DNA of 64,000 nt, taken from contig NW_024704742.1 of assembly GCF_018977255.1 (NCBI RefSeq), positions 12,154,001-12,218,000 of the forward strand. Reading direction: 5' to 3'. The number at the start of each line of letters is the position of its first letter. Position 1 is the stretch's first letter. The DNA is from Callorhinchus milii (Eukaryota). A program made the translations under genes and the position numbers. This document shows positions 22,974-35,380 of the stretch, piece by piece. Below the pieces are notes generated by a model. It was not told the DNA's origin, ran no database searches, and saw only the letters and a program-made list of their open reading frames with translations.

Positions 22974-25100
22974 TCTATACTAACAAAATGACAATGTCTG
23001 TCTCTCTGTCCACGCTTCAAGAAGGATTTCAATAACCGATTGATAACATGATTTATAACTCATCGAAAAGGTCTTGAACTGGGAGTGACATGGGCATATT
23101 TGTTTTTGGGTAACTCCTATCATTCATGAGTTACCCATCCTCCCCTACGCACTTTTGTACCCGTTTCCCCACCCTCTGTCACAAAACTCATCCTATCCCT
23201 AAAACCAACCACCTGCTCCCTTGACCCCATCCCCACTCCACTCCTTATCTCCCAACTCCACTTTCTTGCCCCACATATCACCGACATCATCAACCTGTCC
23301 CTCTCCTCTGGCTCTGTCCCCATTCCCTTAAAAACTGCCACCATCACGCCCACCCTGAAAAAACCCTCCCTTGATGCGTCGCAGCTATCAAGCTACCGGC
23401 CCATCTCCAACCTCCCCTTTCTCTCCAAGGTCCTGGAAAGAGTTGTCGCCTCCCAACTGCGCTCTTTCCTTTCCACTCATTCTCTTTTCGAACCCCTTCA
23501 GTCAGGTTTCCGTGCTGCCCATAGCACAGAAACTGCCCTGGTCAAGGTCACCAATGATATCCTGACCATCTGTGACCAGGGCTCCCTCTGCCTCCTCGTC
23601 CTCCTCGACCTATCGGCAGCATTCGATACGGTCGACCACGCTATCCTGCTCCACCGCTTGTCCTCCCACCTCAACCTTCAAGGCACCGTCCTTGAATGGT
23701 TTAGGTCGTACCTTTCTCACCGTCTTCACTTTGTCTTGACGAATGGCTTCTCCTCCATCCCCCGTACTGTCTCATGTGGAGTCCCTCAGGGCTCTGTCCT
23801 CGGTCCCCTCCTCTTCACCCTCTATATGCTCCCCCTTGGTGACATCATCCGCAGACATGGAGTTAACTTCCACATGTATGTGGATGACACCCAACTCTAC
23901 CTTTCCTCCTCTACTCTCAACTCCACGACCACCGATGTCCTGACAGCTGCCTGTCCGACATCGAGTCCTGGACGAGAGACAACTTTCTTCAGCTCAACGT
24001 GCGAACAACCGAGGCCCTCCTGATTGGTTCGCGTCAGCGCCTCCGCACCTCAGGCGCCGACACCATCAGCATCCAAGGCTGCACTCTCCACCTCTCAAAG
24101 CCAGTCAGGAACCTCGGCGTTTTGTTCGACCCTGAGCTGTGCTTTCTCCCTCATATCTGCGCCACAACTGGCACCGCCTTCCATTACCTCCGGAATGTCG
24201 CCAGACTACGGCACTACCTCACCCCTCACGCTGCTGAAACCCTGGTCCACGCCTTTGTCACCTCAAGGCTGGACTATGGGAACTCTCTCCTCGCCGGCCT
24301 TCCCGGCCCTCCCTCCACAAGCTGCAGGTCATTCAGAACTCTGCAGCTCGTGTACTGTCCCGCACCAGGCTTCGGGACCACATCACTCCCACCCTCGCTC
24401 GCCTCCACTGGCTCCCCATCCCCCAGAGGATTGATTTCAAGATCCTCATCCTCACCTACAAGGCTATTCACGGCCTCGCTCCCTCCTACCTCTCCAACCT
24501 ACTATCCCCCTACCTACCTGCCCGTACCCTCCGTTCCTCTGGCTCCGGTCTGCTCCACGTCCCCCGCCCCAATCGCCCTACCATCGGTGGTCGGGCCTTC
24601 AGCCTCTCAGCCCCGAGGCTCTGGAACTCTATCCCCCAGTGCCTTCGCCGCCTCCTCCCTTTCCTCCTTCAAGGCCGGTCTCAAAACCTTTCTCTTTGAC
24701 CGAGCCTTCAGCTCCCCTCTTGACTCTCTTCCCCCTTCTCGTTCCCTCCCTTCCCTCCCCTCACTCTGACCATTTCCCCCCTCCTCGCTCCCTCCCCTCA
24801 CCCTGACCATTTCCCCCCTGCTCGGGTCATGACCCAACTGTGCAGAGCCTTGGGACGTCCTCCTGACGTGAAAGGCGCTTTATAAATGGAATCTTGTTGT
24901 TGTTGTTGTTATGACCTAAAATGTATTTCAGTTTTGTGTTTTTCGCTACAGGTAGCTGCCGAGTCAAAGTGGCACTGTGGCACCTGTTGCCATACCGGTT
25001 GACCGTAGCGCTGTGGCACTGTGTATCACAGAGCATGCATGCAGCCAAGTGGTGGCAGGAACAAAATAAAGAACACAAACAAATACAAAGCCGGGGCAAC
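22974..25100 (+). mobile_element. Non-autonomous Helitron (about 340 bp of own sequence) split by an L2; 3' hairpin disrupted by an L2 tail
   Basis: A|TCTATACTAACAAAA 5' end, GTCTGTCT-type microsatellite, ACCGATTG...GAGTGACATGGGCATATTT motif and subterminal AAAGCCGGGGCAAC half-hairpin, all typical of non-autonomous Helitrons; no intact CTAG end and no TSD. Confidence 0.65.
23130..24910 (+). mobile_element. Young 5'-truncated L2 LINE (RT and C-terminus); TSD ATGA (23126-23129 / 24911-24914)
   Basis: Stop-free frame from about 23140 to 23945 with [48 protein letters not shown] and YVDD; (TTG)n tail. Confidence 0.96.
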
Positions 25101-25150
25101 AACAACAAAATTACATTTTAAAACATCTTTCACGTCGGCAGGACGTCCCA
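25097..25150 (-). mobile_element. L2 3' tail only
   Basis: (CAA)n AAATTACATTT...TTTCACGTCGGCAGGACGTCCCA. Confidence 0.8.
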
Positions 25151-25439
25151 GTAATTATAAATCATACATTTATATTTATCATTATAAAGAAGTCTAAACG
25201 AAAATCAAACCTTTCAAGGATAAGTAAGTGTGTCTATCTGTGTGTCGATCTACATTCCATATTGGATCCTTTGGTTACAAGCAAAGCTGCTGGTCAATAC
25301 ATAACTCCCTTTTCAAATAGTGACATGAGATCTTTCACATCCACCTGAAGAGGCAGATGGGACCTAAGCTTAACGTCTCAACTAAAGTTGGCTAAGGAAC
25401 CCCTACCTTCCACATGCCAAGGCCACATGCCATGTTGAT

Positions 25440-25529
25440 CAAATATACAGTCAATTCACTTTACAGTCTATTCTGTGAAGCGCTTTGGGACGTCCTCCCG
25501 ACGTGAAAAGCGCTATATCAAATGCAAGG

Positions 25530-25558
<29 letters not shown>
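25440..25558 (+). mobile_element. Young SINE 3' half
   Basis: GGGACGTCCTCCCGACGTGAAAAGCGCT tail and (TTA)n. Confidence 0.88.
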
Positions 25559-25561
<3 letters not shown>

Positions 25562-26384
25562 GTAAGTTACTATTCCGCAAGAGGAATCCTGTGCAGTTCA
25601 TAATCCCTTTCTCACCCAAAGGTACACCATAGTTGTCATATGAAAGACAAACATTTTCTAGGAGGTCAAACATCCTGTTTTTTTCAAATGGGTAACCATG
25701 GCTTCACCCAAGAAGTATTGGATTTCCCCAGTGAATGCAACAAGGTTCTGCAATCATTAAAGGATTGGTTTGTATTTACATCCAGGGTTGCCCAAGAATT
25801 TCTGTTGGTGAAGGCATTGATTTCCTTTAAAATATTCCTGTCCCAAAGCCACAGATACATTCAATTAATTATAATTAGTACAGGAAAAGAATCATAAGTA
25901 ACATTCTTAAAATCATTCCCACCAAATTAACTAACTGGACAAATTTCTGGAAATTCAAATGATTCCGAGTTACTGAATAATGAAATAGCTGTGTCAAGCG
26001 AATCTGTGGGGAAATTGGATGGGTAGGCTGAATGGTTTAGTTTAGTCTTGTTGAAACATTTAATGTTATACTGCATAACAAATTAGTCAAATTATTTGTC
26101 ATTGGCAGAGTTGCTGCAGAATCTTATTCATTTTTTTGTCACCATCTCCAGCAACTAACCATCATAGCAGCTCTTAACATTATTATGTTCATCTAAAATT
26201 TATCCTAACTGCTGAAGTAATGAAATTATTAGGTATGAATCAATCTTACCAAAAGATATGGTAAAAGTTATGGATTAGGTTTCACATGAAGCAAAGTTGT
26301 TTCTGGATTGGTGTTTGCTTGTTTTTTTTAAACATTTTCAAAACTGTATAAGAATCTTATAATTTTGAGTTAAGGCTGTTTATC

Positions 26385-26768
26385 ATAGAATCATAGAAAT
26401 ATACAGCAAGGAGGCCATTCAGTCCATCCTGTCTGTGCCGGCTCTTTGAAAAGCGCTACCCAAATCAATCCCATTCCCTCGCGCTCTCTCCATTGCCCTG
26501 CAAACTTATCCTCCCCAAGCTGTTTACCTAGCAATAAGTAGGAACTTGGTTGTTAGTCAATTGGCGGATCGCTTTGCCTTCAAAATAAATAATAATTTGG
26601 TCACTTCAACCTATGACTGTTTGTAGGACACTGCTGTGCGCAATTGGCTACTCCTTTTCGCCCACAAAATACACAATTTAAATATACACTTAAAGTATAT
26701 TCTGTGAAGCGCTTTGAGACGTTTCAAAGACTTGATAAGGCACTATATCAAATGCAAGGATTATTGTT
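26385..26768. mobile_element. CR1 3' end (-, about 26385-26520) abutting a 5'-truncated long SINE (+, about 26520-26768)
   Basis: CATAGAATCATAGAA tail with GGCCATTCAGTCC; then the TGTTTACCTAGCAATAAGTAGG SINE core. Confidence 0.8.
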
Positions 26769-26988
26769 ATAAATACAATTGTCGTAGTCCCCAGTTGAGT
26801 GCAGCCTTGCTTATATTGTGGGTCCAGTGTGCACCATGTGCCAACCGGAAGAACTATGCACCTGGTTTCCACCTTTGACCAGACAGTTTCCCAGAAAAAA
26901 ATGTATCCAATTTATGGGTAATCGATCGGATTGCCACTGACATCAATTTGTGCAGAAGATTTCTTGTGCTCGTGCCTGCAGAGCACAC

Positions 26989-28365
26989 AATAATAATAAT
27001 CCTTGCATTTGATATACAACAACAACAACAACAACAAGATTCCATTTATAGAGCGCCTTTCACGTCAGGAGGACGTCCCAAGGCGCTGCACAGTTGGGTC
27101 ATGACCCGAGCAGGGGGGAAATGGTCAGGGTGAGGGGAGGGAAGGGAGGGAGAGAGGAGGGGGAAATGGTCAGGGTGAGGGGAGGGAAGGGAGGGAGCGA
27201 GGAGGAGGAAGAGAGTCGAGAGGGGAGCTGAAGGCACGGTCAAAGAGAAAGGTTTTGAGACCGGCCTTGAAGGAGGAAAGGGAGGAGGCGGCGAAGGCAC
27301 TGGGGGATGGAGTTCCAGAGCCTGGGGGCTGAGAGGCTGAAGGCCCGACCACCGATGGTAGGGCGGTTGGGGCGGGGGACTTGGAGCAGACCGGAGCCAG
27401 AGGAACGGAGGGTACGGGCAGGTAGGTAGGGGGATAGTAGGTCAGAGAGGTAGGAGGGAGCGAGGCCGTGAATGGTCTTGTAGGTGAGGATGAGGATCTT
27501 GAAATCAATCCTCTGGGGGATGGGGAGCCAGTGGAGGCGAGCGAGGGTGGGAGTGATGTGGTCGCGGTGTCTGGTGCGGGACAGTACACGAGCTGCAGAG
27601 TTCTGAATGACCTGCAGCTTGTGGAGGGAGGTGCCGGGAAGGCCGGCGAGGAGAGAGTTCCCATAGTCCAGCCTTGAGGTGACAAAGGCGTGAACCAGGG
27701 TTTCAGCAGCGTGAGGGGTGAGGTAGTGCCGTAATCTGGCGATATTCCGGAGGTGATGGAAGGCGGTGCCAGTTGTGGTGCGGATGTGAGGGAGAAAGGA
27801 CAGCTCAGGGTCGAACAAAACGCCGAGGTTCCTGACTGGCTTTGAGAGGTGGAGAGTGCAGCCTTGGATGCTGATGGTGTCAGCGCCTGAGGTGCGGAGG
27901 CGCTAACGTGAGCCAATCAGGAGGGCCTCGGTTTTTCGCACGTTGAGCTGAAGAAAGTTGTCTCTCGTCCAGGACTCGATGTCGGACAGGCAGCTGTCAG
28001 GACATCGGTGGTCGTGGAGTTGAGAGTAGAGGAGGAAAGGTAGAGTTGGGTGTCATCCGCATACATGTGGAAGTTAACCCCATGTTTGCGGATGATGTCA
28101 CCAAGGGGGAGCATATAGAGGGTGAAGAGGAGGGGACCGAGGACAGAGCCCTGAGGGACACCACATGAGACAGTACGGGGGGTGGAGGAGAAGCCATTCG
28201 TATAGCGCCTTATCATGTCTTCGAGATGTCCCAAAGAGCTTCACAGAATATACTGTAAAGTGAATTGACTGTATATTTTGTGGGCGAAACGCTGCAGCCA
28301 ATTGCGCACAGCAGTGTCCCACAAACAGTCGTTGATAGAGTGACCAAATTGTTATTGTCATTAAT
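26989..28365 (-). mobile_element. SINE 3' half split by an L2 (pieces 26989-27016 and 28201-28365)
   Basis: CCTTGCATTTGATATA|...|TATAGCGCCTTATC rejoins into the SINE tail. Confidence 0.85.
27017..28200 (-). mobile_element. Young 5'-truncated L2 LINE; TSD TATA (27013-27016 / 28201-28204)
   Basis: [14 protein letters not shown] and HAFVTSRLDYGN; near-identical to 23740-24910; (CAA)n tail. Confidence 0.96.
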
Positions 28366-28569
28366 TTTTTGTACAGGAAGTGACGTTGGCAGGGATCTGA
28401 TCCACCCTGAAGTCAACCTTTTTTGACTTTTTTCACTTGTGACTTACACTCTGAACTAGATCCCCATGGTATAATAATAATCCTTGCATTTGATATAGCA
28501 CCTTTCACATTGGGAGAATGTCTGAAAGCATTTATAGGATTTTACTGTAAATTGCGTATTTTGTATATG

Positions 28570-28820
28570 AGTTAGGTTCCCCTGTATGTATGTTTGTTTT
28601 ACATTGGGGGCTTTCTTGGGAGCTGTTAAGTTCAATGTGACCACACACGCCAAATAGCTGGAGTAGCTGGAGGTTGACTTTGTCCTTGTTGATGTCGCTG
28701 TTGACATTGTGACTATGTATGATCCTCATATGGGGTGTTTAAATTTGCCAAGACTCCAAATTGTTGACGTCTCTCTATTCAGTTCTGTTAATGCAGCTGT
28801 TTCTCCAGTTGTGTTGACGG
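28570..28820 (-). mobile_element. Possible degraded RTE-clade LINE 3' end
   Basis: Minus-strand pieces DVNNLES and CGHIELNS loosely resemble RTE ORF C-termini; weak. Confidence 0.3.
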
Positions 28821-29593
28821 TGTCAGACTCTGCCACTGTGAAGCACTCCAGGATGCTACGCCGCCTGAAGGGCTCTTTATAAATCCAAGTTGTTGGTGAT
28901 TTTGTAAAGTGCTAAGTGACCCCTAGTGGACAGTGCCCCAGTATAGACATCAAGTGAGGACAGATTTGGGCTTGGCTGTGACTTCCCCATCCCCCTCCCC
29001 TTCCTGGTTGAAAAATATACCAATATTCACCATTTATTTTCATATAAGGAATGACCTCTTATTCAAATTGTTAGAGAGGGGTGTGTTCCACATATAGTTT
29101 GTGTCAAAGACTTGATCACTGCAGAATAGTCACTGCAAATTGTTTGGCATTTGTTGTAACACTATCTCCTGTGGTTTAGAAGTACATTATAACTTAAACC
29201 ATATCAACGTCATGCAAGTGCAGCAGCCCAGAGGTTTCACTGCACTTGCTGAGGACATATGATACTGCACACGTAGCACAATTGTAAACTTAATTGCAAA
29301 CGAATCATAATGTAACAGGAGGGAAAGTAGAGAAACTTGCACAGCATAGCTCTACCACAAAGGTAAATGACTATATCCTGCCATGAAAAGTACACATAAA
29401 ATTAACTATTAGCTTGTATGACAAAAATATATGATTATAATAAGCAAGCATTTTCCAATATATAAAACGACAGGGCAATTGCCGTAGTATGAATCGGTAC
29501 CACAGGGCATAAGCTTACGATTGTTACTGGAAAAACTAAGCTGTGAATAAACTTTTTCACGTTATTAGAACACTGAAAGGTTGACATTGAAGT

Positions 29594-29840
29594 AAGTTTC
29601 CTTACTCCACATGCCTCTGTTTATCTAGCATTAAGTAGGAACCCGGATGTTAGTCAATTGGCGGATCGCTTTTCCAGGGGTAATAATCCCTCAAAAAATA
29701 AAATAAATAATAATAATAAATTGGTCACCCAATCCATGACTGTTCGCTGTGTGCAATTGGCTGCTGTGTTTTCCCCACAACATATACGGTCAATTCACTT
29801 TACAGTATATTCTCAAAGACATAATTAGACACTATTATTA
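29594..29840 (+). mobile_element. tRNA-Ala SINE, long subfamily, truncated
   Basis: AAGTTTCCTTACTCCAC...GGCGGATCGCTTTT core with partial tail. Confidence 0.85.
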
Positions 29841-30069
29841 TCCTGGTAGATACGTGTTGCAAAAGTTGATTTTTTTTTAACGTTGGTTGTTATGTTGAGA
29901 TCATCCAAGGGACATGCACACCTCCGCTCACACCATCCAGCAAATGGGAAAGGGCACAGCAAATCACAGCCTGGTAGTCAAGCTCTCTGACAGGGTAGAT
30001 AGGGAGCTCAACAAGGCTGTGGTATATATTGAAACCACACAAATTTCATATTAAAATATAAAATCAAAA

Positions 30070-30250
30070 GCTTCAGACAGGCCATTAAGGGAATATGAAT
30101 GAGGAACGGTGTAAGAATTTTAGTGATAGATAATTTGGGTCATGATAGCATTAAGGGGTATGGAGAAAGGCTTGAAATTTGCCATGATCTAATAAACCGA
30201 CGGAATAGGCTCAACAAGCTGAAAGACTTCCTCCTGTTCCTGTATTCTCC
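30070..30250 (+). mobile_element. CR1 3' end remnant
   Basis: ATTAAGGGGTATGGAGAAAGG...GCCATGATCTAAT...AGGCTCAACAAGCTGAA...CTCCTGTTCCT matches the CR1 3' UTR at 7440-7940. Confidence 0.7.
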
Positions 30251-31174
30251 TAAATAGAGGTTTGTCTGCAATAATTGGCCACAATGAATAGAATTTACCT
30301 TTAGTCAAGTTTCTCCAGGTCTGAAAATCTGACCTGGAATTATTGGCCCATTGCTAGATTTCATTTAACACTAATGCACATTGATGAGTATCTGTGAAAA
30401 CTTCCTTCAATGAGCAGTTTAAACATTTCCAAGCCAGATTCCAAAGCTGTTTTGCAAATGCCCAGCACATTCTAGTTTTCAGGACAAAGTATTTCTAAGA
30501 TCTTCCAAGTCATTGTGTGGTTCCACTAATGAAAATCTAAGGATACACAATGGTCAACACGACCACTTGATAGTGCTTGATCTATTTCTATCAGCCTATC
30601 AGATGGAAATGAGTTCCAATAGTTCAATACCTTCAGGCAGCCTTAAATTACATGCCAATGCCATGTTTTTGGAAAACAGCAGTTTACCCTCCCTACAGAA
30701 GGAAAGCAACTTATTCTGGTTTTAAAACCTATACCAGTAAAGCATACCAGCACCAATCAACTCCCCGCAATTTTCCGCAACATTTGTCAAATTTCCCTGC
30801 AATTTTCGGCAAATATTTCTGCAATTTTCTATTGGCCCTGCCAATGACTCACTCTAAGTTGTGCAAACTTTGTGTCTAATTTGAATATTGTATGGTATGA
30901 TTAATACATACATACTACCTAAATTATAAACAACAACTTAAATCATTATTTAGTGTTGTGTATCTTTAATTATTAAAATGTTCATGTCAATATCTGAGTA
31001 AATTTGAGGGAATTATACGACTAGTGGATTACGCATGTGGATAATATATGAGCTCAGGTAAATTAAAGGTTTATTGAAGGCTTGCTTTTCATGCTTCTTA
31101 ATTTTGTGCAGGAGGTAACATTTCACCTTGAATATGTGAAGAATGTAGACAAACCAAACTTATTTTGAATTGCA

Positions 31175-31325
31175 GGGAGAGAGAGAGAGCAGGAAACACA
31201 CACACACACTCAGACAATAAGACAGGCTAAACAGAAAACACAATGAGAAAGAAAGAGAGAGAGGAAGAGAAAAACAAACATTGAGAATAAAAGAGACACA
31301 GACAGAGATGCACAGACAAAGTGAA
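31175..31325. repeat. GA/CA-rich low-complexity microsatellite region
   Basis: (GA)n, (CA)n and purine-rich tracts. Confidence 0.7.
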
Positions 31326-32269
31326 AATTAATGATCACAAGTAATCACTCGGCAGGGATTAAAAAAGGCCTGTAGGTAGTTTCTAAAAAAAATAAAGAGA
31401 CTTGCATTCACCGAGATTAGGTTGAGAACTCGAGTTCATAAGGCTGGTTTAGATGAAGGAAGCTCTTTGACTCATTTGATCTCACCTTTCCAGAACACCC
31501 CCCTACTCTCTTCCCATCATAATATCAAGCTACTTTTGAAATAGATCCAATGTCCTTGCCTCAAGCACCATTCCTAGCCACGTGTTCCAATTATTAATTA
31601 TCCTCTGAGTAAAGAGAAAAATGTCCTGGTATCGGTCCTGAAATTGCTCTTTGCAACTCTAAACCTGTGTCCACTTGCTCTACTGTCTCAATGAGAGAAA
31701 AAGACAGAATTAGATGGAGAGATTTAGAGAGAGAATCCCAGGGTTAGAGTGATGAGGGGAGCAGCAGCTTGAGGGAAAGAGAGAAAAGGATCATTACTGT
31801 GAGGGAAAATGAGTGAAGAATAGAAAGAAAAGACTAACACTGTGTGTACTATGCTGAGAGTAAAATGCTGAATGAGGTTTTTGGTTTGAACTGTGCAGTG
31901 TGTTTTATATAACAACCTATTATTCGTACTATTTACATATCAACAATGATCTTGATCAGGATGGATACCAGGTTCACTACAACATTGGAAATTAGTTCCA
32001 ATAGTTGAATACATGTGAGATCAAGGATCCACGTTTCAATCCAGGCCACATTGATGGGACAAACTTTTCTTTTTTCTGATAACTGTAAGAGCCTTGTATG
32101 AAATGTGAACCCTGTGGTTGTGGAGCTGTTGGACAAAACTACCTGTATTCCTGAATGAGCACAAAAGTGGCTGTCAGTAAAGCCACCAAAATGATTTGGA
32201 TGAGAAATGTCATGCACAATAACATGTTGAATTAATACAGCACTCTTCATATTGAGTAACATCTCAAAG

Positions 32270-33180
32270 CACTTTACAAATTGAGATGGATGCTGAGGAG
32301 GGAGGTGGCACTAGTCATGGAGGTAGAAATTTAAGCAGCTTTGGAAAGACAACTTTGGAAAGCAACGAGGTAAGACAGAGGATGGGGGCAAGGAACATGT
32401 AACAAGCTCAAGCTAGCTGAGCAGAGCAATGAGTAGAAGAGTAAGGCTGGAAAAGATCATAGAGGTAGAACCATATGAATATACAATATAATAAGATGCC
32501 ACTTTGCCCATTTCTTTCATGTTGGTATTTGCTCCTCCAAGTACCCATCCAACGAGTCCAATTGCCTAGGTAGGAAGGCATGAGAGCTTGAAGGGATTTG
32601 TAGGTGAGAGTTAGGTTCTTGAAGTTAATCTTCTGGGAGCCAGTGACACAGAAGAGCCAGTGAAGCCTGGCCAGGGTGCAAATGATGGGCATGTATGTGA
32701 GGCTTTGTGTAGCTAAGGATGCAGATGGCTGATTTTTGGATAAGGTGGAACTTGTAGATGGTAAGGCTGGTGAGGAACACATTTGAAAAGTCAAGTCTGG
32801 AGATGCCTTCAGTCACTATTCCCCAAAACACTGGAACTCTCTCCCTCAATCTCTCCGCCTTGCCCCTTCCCTCCCCACCTTCAAATCCTGCCTAAAGGAC
32901 TTCCTTTTTGATAGTGCTTATGGTCATCTTCCCCCTCCCTCTCCCCCGGCTCATTGTCAGACTCTGCAACTGTGAAGCTCTCCAGCATGCTACCCCAAGT
33001 GAAAGGCACTATATAAATGCAAATTGTTGTTATTTTGTTGTCTGTGATTAAAGCATGATTGAGAGTTTAAGCTGTCTTTGGTGTGAAATGGGGGTCAGAG
33101 GTGGGTGATGTGTCAAAGATGCAGAAAAGTAGTCATGGTCAGGGATCAGATGTGAGGGAGGAAAGATAGCTGAGGGCTGG
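32270..33180 (-). mobile_element. Old L2 fragment containing a plus-strand L2 3' end (about 32811-33040)
   Basis: Minus SRLDFSN, IQKSA, LARLHWL and INFKNLTLTYK; plus insert CTGGAACTCTCTCCCTCAATC...(TTG)n. Confidence 0.75.
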
Positions 33181-33182
33181 AC

Positions 33183-33980
33183 GGAGGGGGGACAAGAAGC
33201 AGGCTGCAGCCCGATTAGCGGAGGGAGCGGACAAGTCCATGTGGAGTTAGCAGGTCACAGAGGTAGGGAGGAGCAAGGCTGTGGAGGATTTTACAGGCGA
33301 GGACGAGGATGTTGAACTGTATCATCTGGAGGATGGGGAGCCAGTAAAACCGGGCGAGAGTGGGGGGGATAGGGTTGCCTGGTATGGGAGAGAACACGAG
33401 CTGCAGAGTTCTGAATGATCTGCAGTATGTGGAGGGAAGAATTGGGAAGGCCGACAAGCAGGGAATTAGTGTAGCAAGCCTGGATGTGATGAACGTGTGG
33501 TTGAGGGTTTCGGAAGCCTGAGAGGAGAGGCAGTGGCAGAGCCGGGCGATGTTGCAGAGGTGGAGGAAGGCAGAATGGGTCATGGCATGGATATGGAGTA
33601 GAAAACACAGTTGAGAGTCAAATAAGATGCCAAGGTTCTGTACTGGCTCAGTGAGGTAGAGTGTATATCCTTGGATGGTGATATTATCAGTGCCTGAGGT
33701 GTGGAGCCGCTGAAGGGAGCCAATCAGTAGGGCCTTGGTCTTATTGACATTCAACTGGAGAAATTTAGCTTTCATCCAGGACTTGATGTCTGACAGACAA
33801 TCCATCAGGCCAGCAGTGGTCCTGGAATCGACATTAGAGGCAGAGAGATAGAATAGGGTATCATCATCGTACATATGAAAGTGGACCCAATGTCTGCACA
33901 TGATGTTAACAAAGGGGAGCATGTAGATATTGAAAAAGAGGGGATCAAAGATAGAGCCATGAGAAATGCCGCAAGCCACA
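33183..33980 (-). mobile_element. Older L2 RT fragment
   Basis: ORF 33215-33979 MYDDDT...[21 protein letters not shown]; reading frame continuous after the YxDD motif. Confidence 0.9.
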
Positions 33981-35380
33981 AAGTGTAGAAAGATAGCAAA
34001 TACAAATGCAAATACTAATGAAAATACAAATGGATTCTACTAATTTAATGCAATTTGATTCCTTAATTCAGCTCAGAATGCAGTTTTTGCTCAATAAATG
34101 TCTATCTTAATAAAATTTAGATGATTTGTTCGCTATGCCAGGATAGCTAACATTAACAAATTCTATTTAGTTATGATTTATATATGCAACAGATCAGTTG
34201 AAAAATAAGCTTTCCATATACTGTGTGTCAAATAGTTCTTTACTAAACTTGTGTGGTCCAATTGGTAAGCTATTCCTAACGATATGTTACTAATTATGTT
34301 ATTTATAGGTAGAGAATGTCTATTGTAAAATTAGATATTTTACAATAAACATTCCTCCTATAAAAATAATAATAATCCTTGCATTTGATATAGCGCATTA
34401 TCACATTGTTGAGACATCTCAAAGCACTTCACAGAATATATTGCAAAGTGAATTGACTGTATTTAGCATAATAATAATGCATTAAAAACATTGCATTCTT
34501 ATTAAATTGGTGTTTTTTTAATAAAAATTCTATTGCGTGTAATATGTAGAAAATGGATGATACCTAGGGGTAATTACAAAGCAATAATCAAATAATGCAA
34601 TACAATGCAAGTGGCAAATCTTGATGAGATTATTAGAGCAACTACCTTGGTGATGCAGCTAAATATACACAAACACAAACATTCTCCCTCTCCCCCACAT
34701 ACACAGTAGAAAATGCTTGGTGAATGAATGTATCTCCATGGATGTTAATTCAACTTGCTTGATCTGTGGGCTCACAATACCACCTCTAAGGAGTTCAATT
34801 GATTTATCATCTAAGTTTGTTGTTTATACGTATACAAAGAAAATAGTGAAAGCATTCAGATTATTGCTTTTTTTTTAAAAATGTTCCTGGTAGCCCGCTC
34901 TTCAAGGATACATTACACCAATTAAATTATACCAATTATTGGATATGTTAAATTTCATTAATTCGACATCACAATACAACATATATGCTTGTGTCATTTT
35001 GAATATGTTATTGTATTCCTGTTATTAGATGTAGCCCATATACCATTTATTAATGTACAAATGATGTGCATATTGATAGCATATTTCTTATTACTGTAGT
35101 CTAATACATTGGTCCTACCACAAACCTTAAGCTTATATGTGAGACAAACATTAAGCTATTTAGATCTAATTTACTTGAGTAAGGAGTGAAATTTGCTGGT
35201 TATGAATTGCTGCAAATTTTACACTCAAATTAATTTGAAAATACACTTTCTCTAATAAGAGTCTCCTAACTGCGCAAACCTGGAGGATATACCAAATCAT
35301 AGAATAATATAAATTGTAAACATATAAATGATAATGGATAAGAATTCCGCATAGCTAATTAATTTTCAAGAAAAGAAAAT

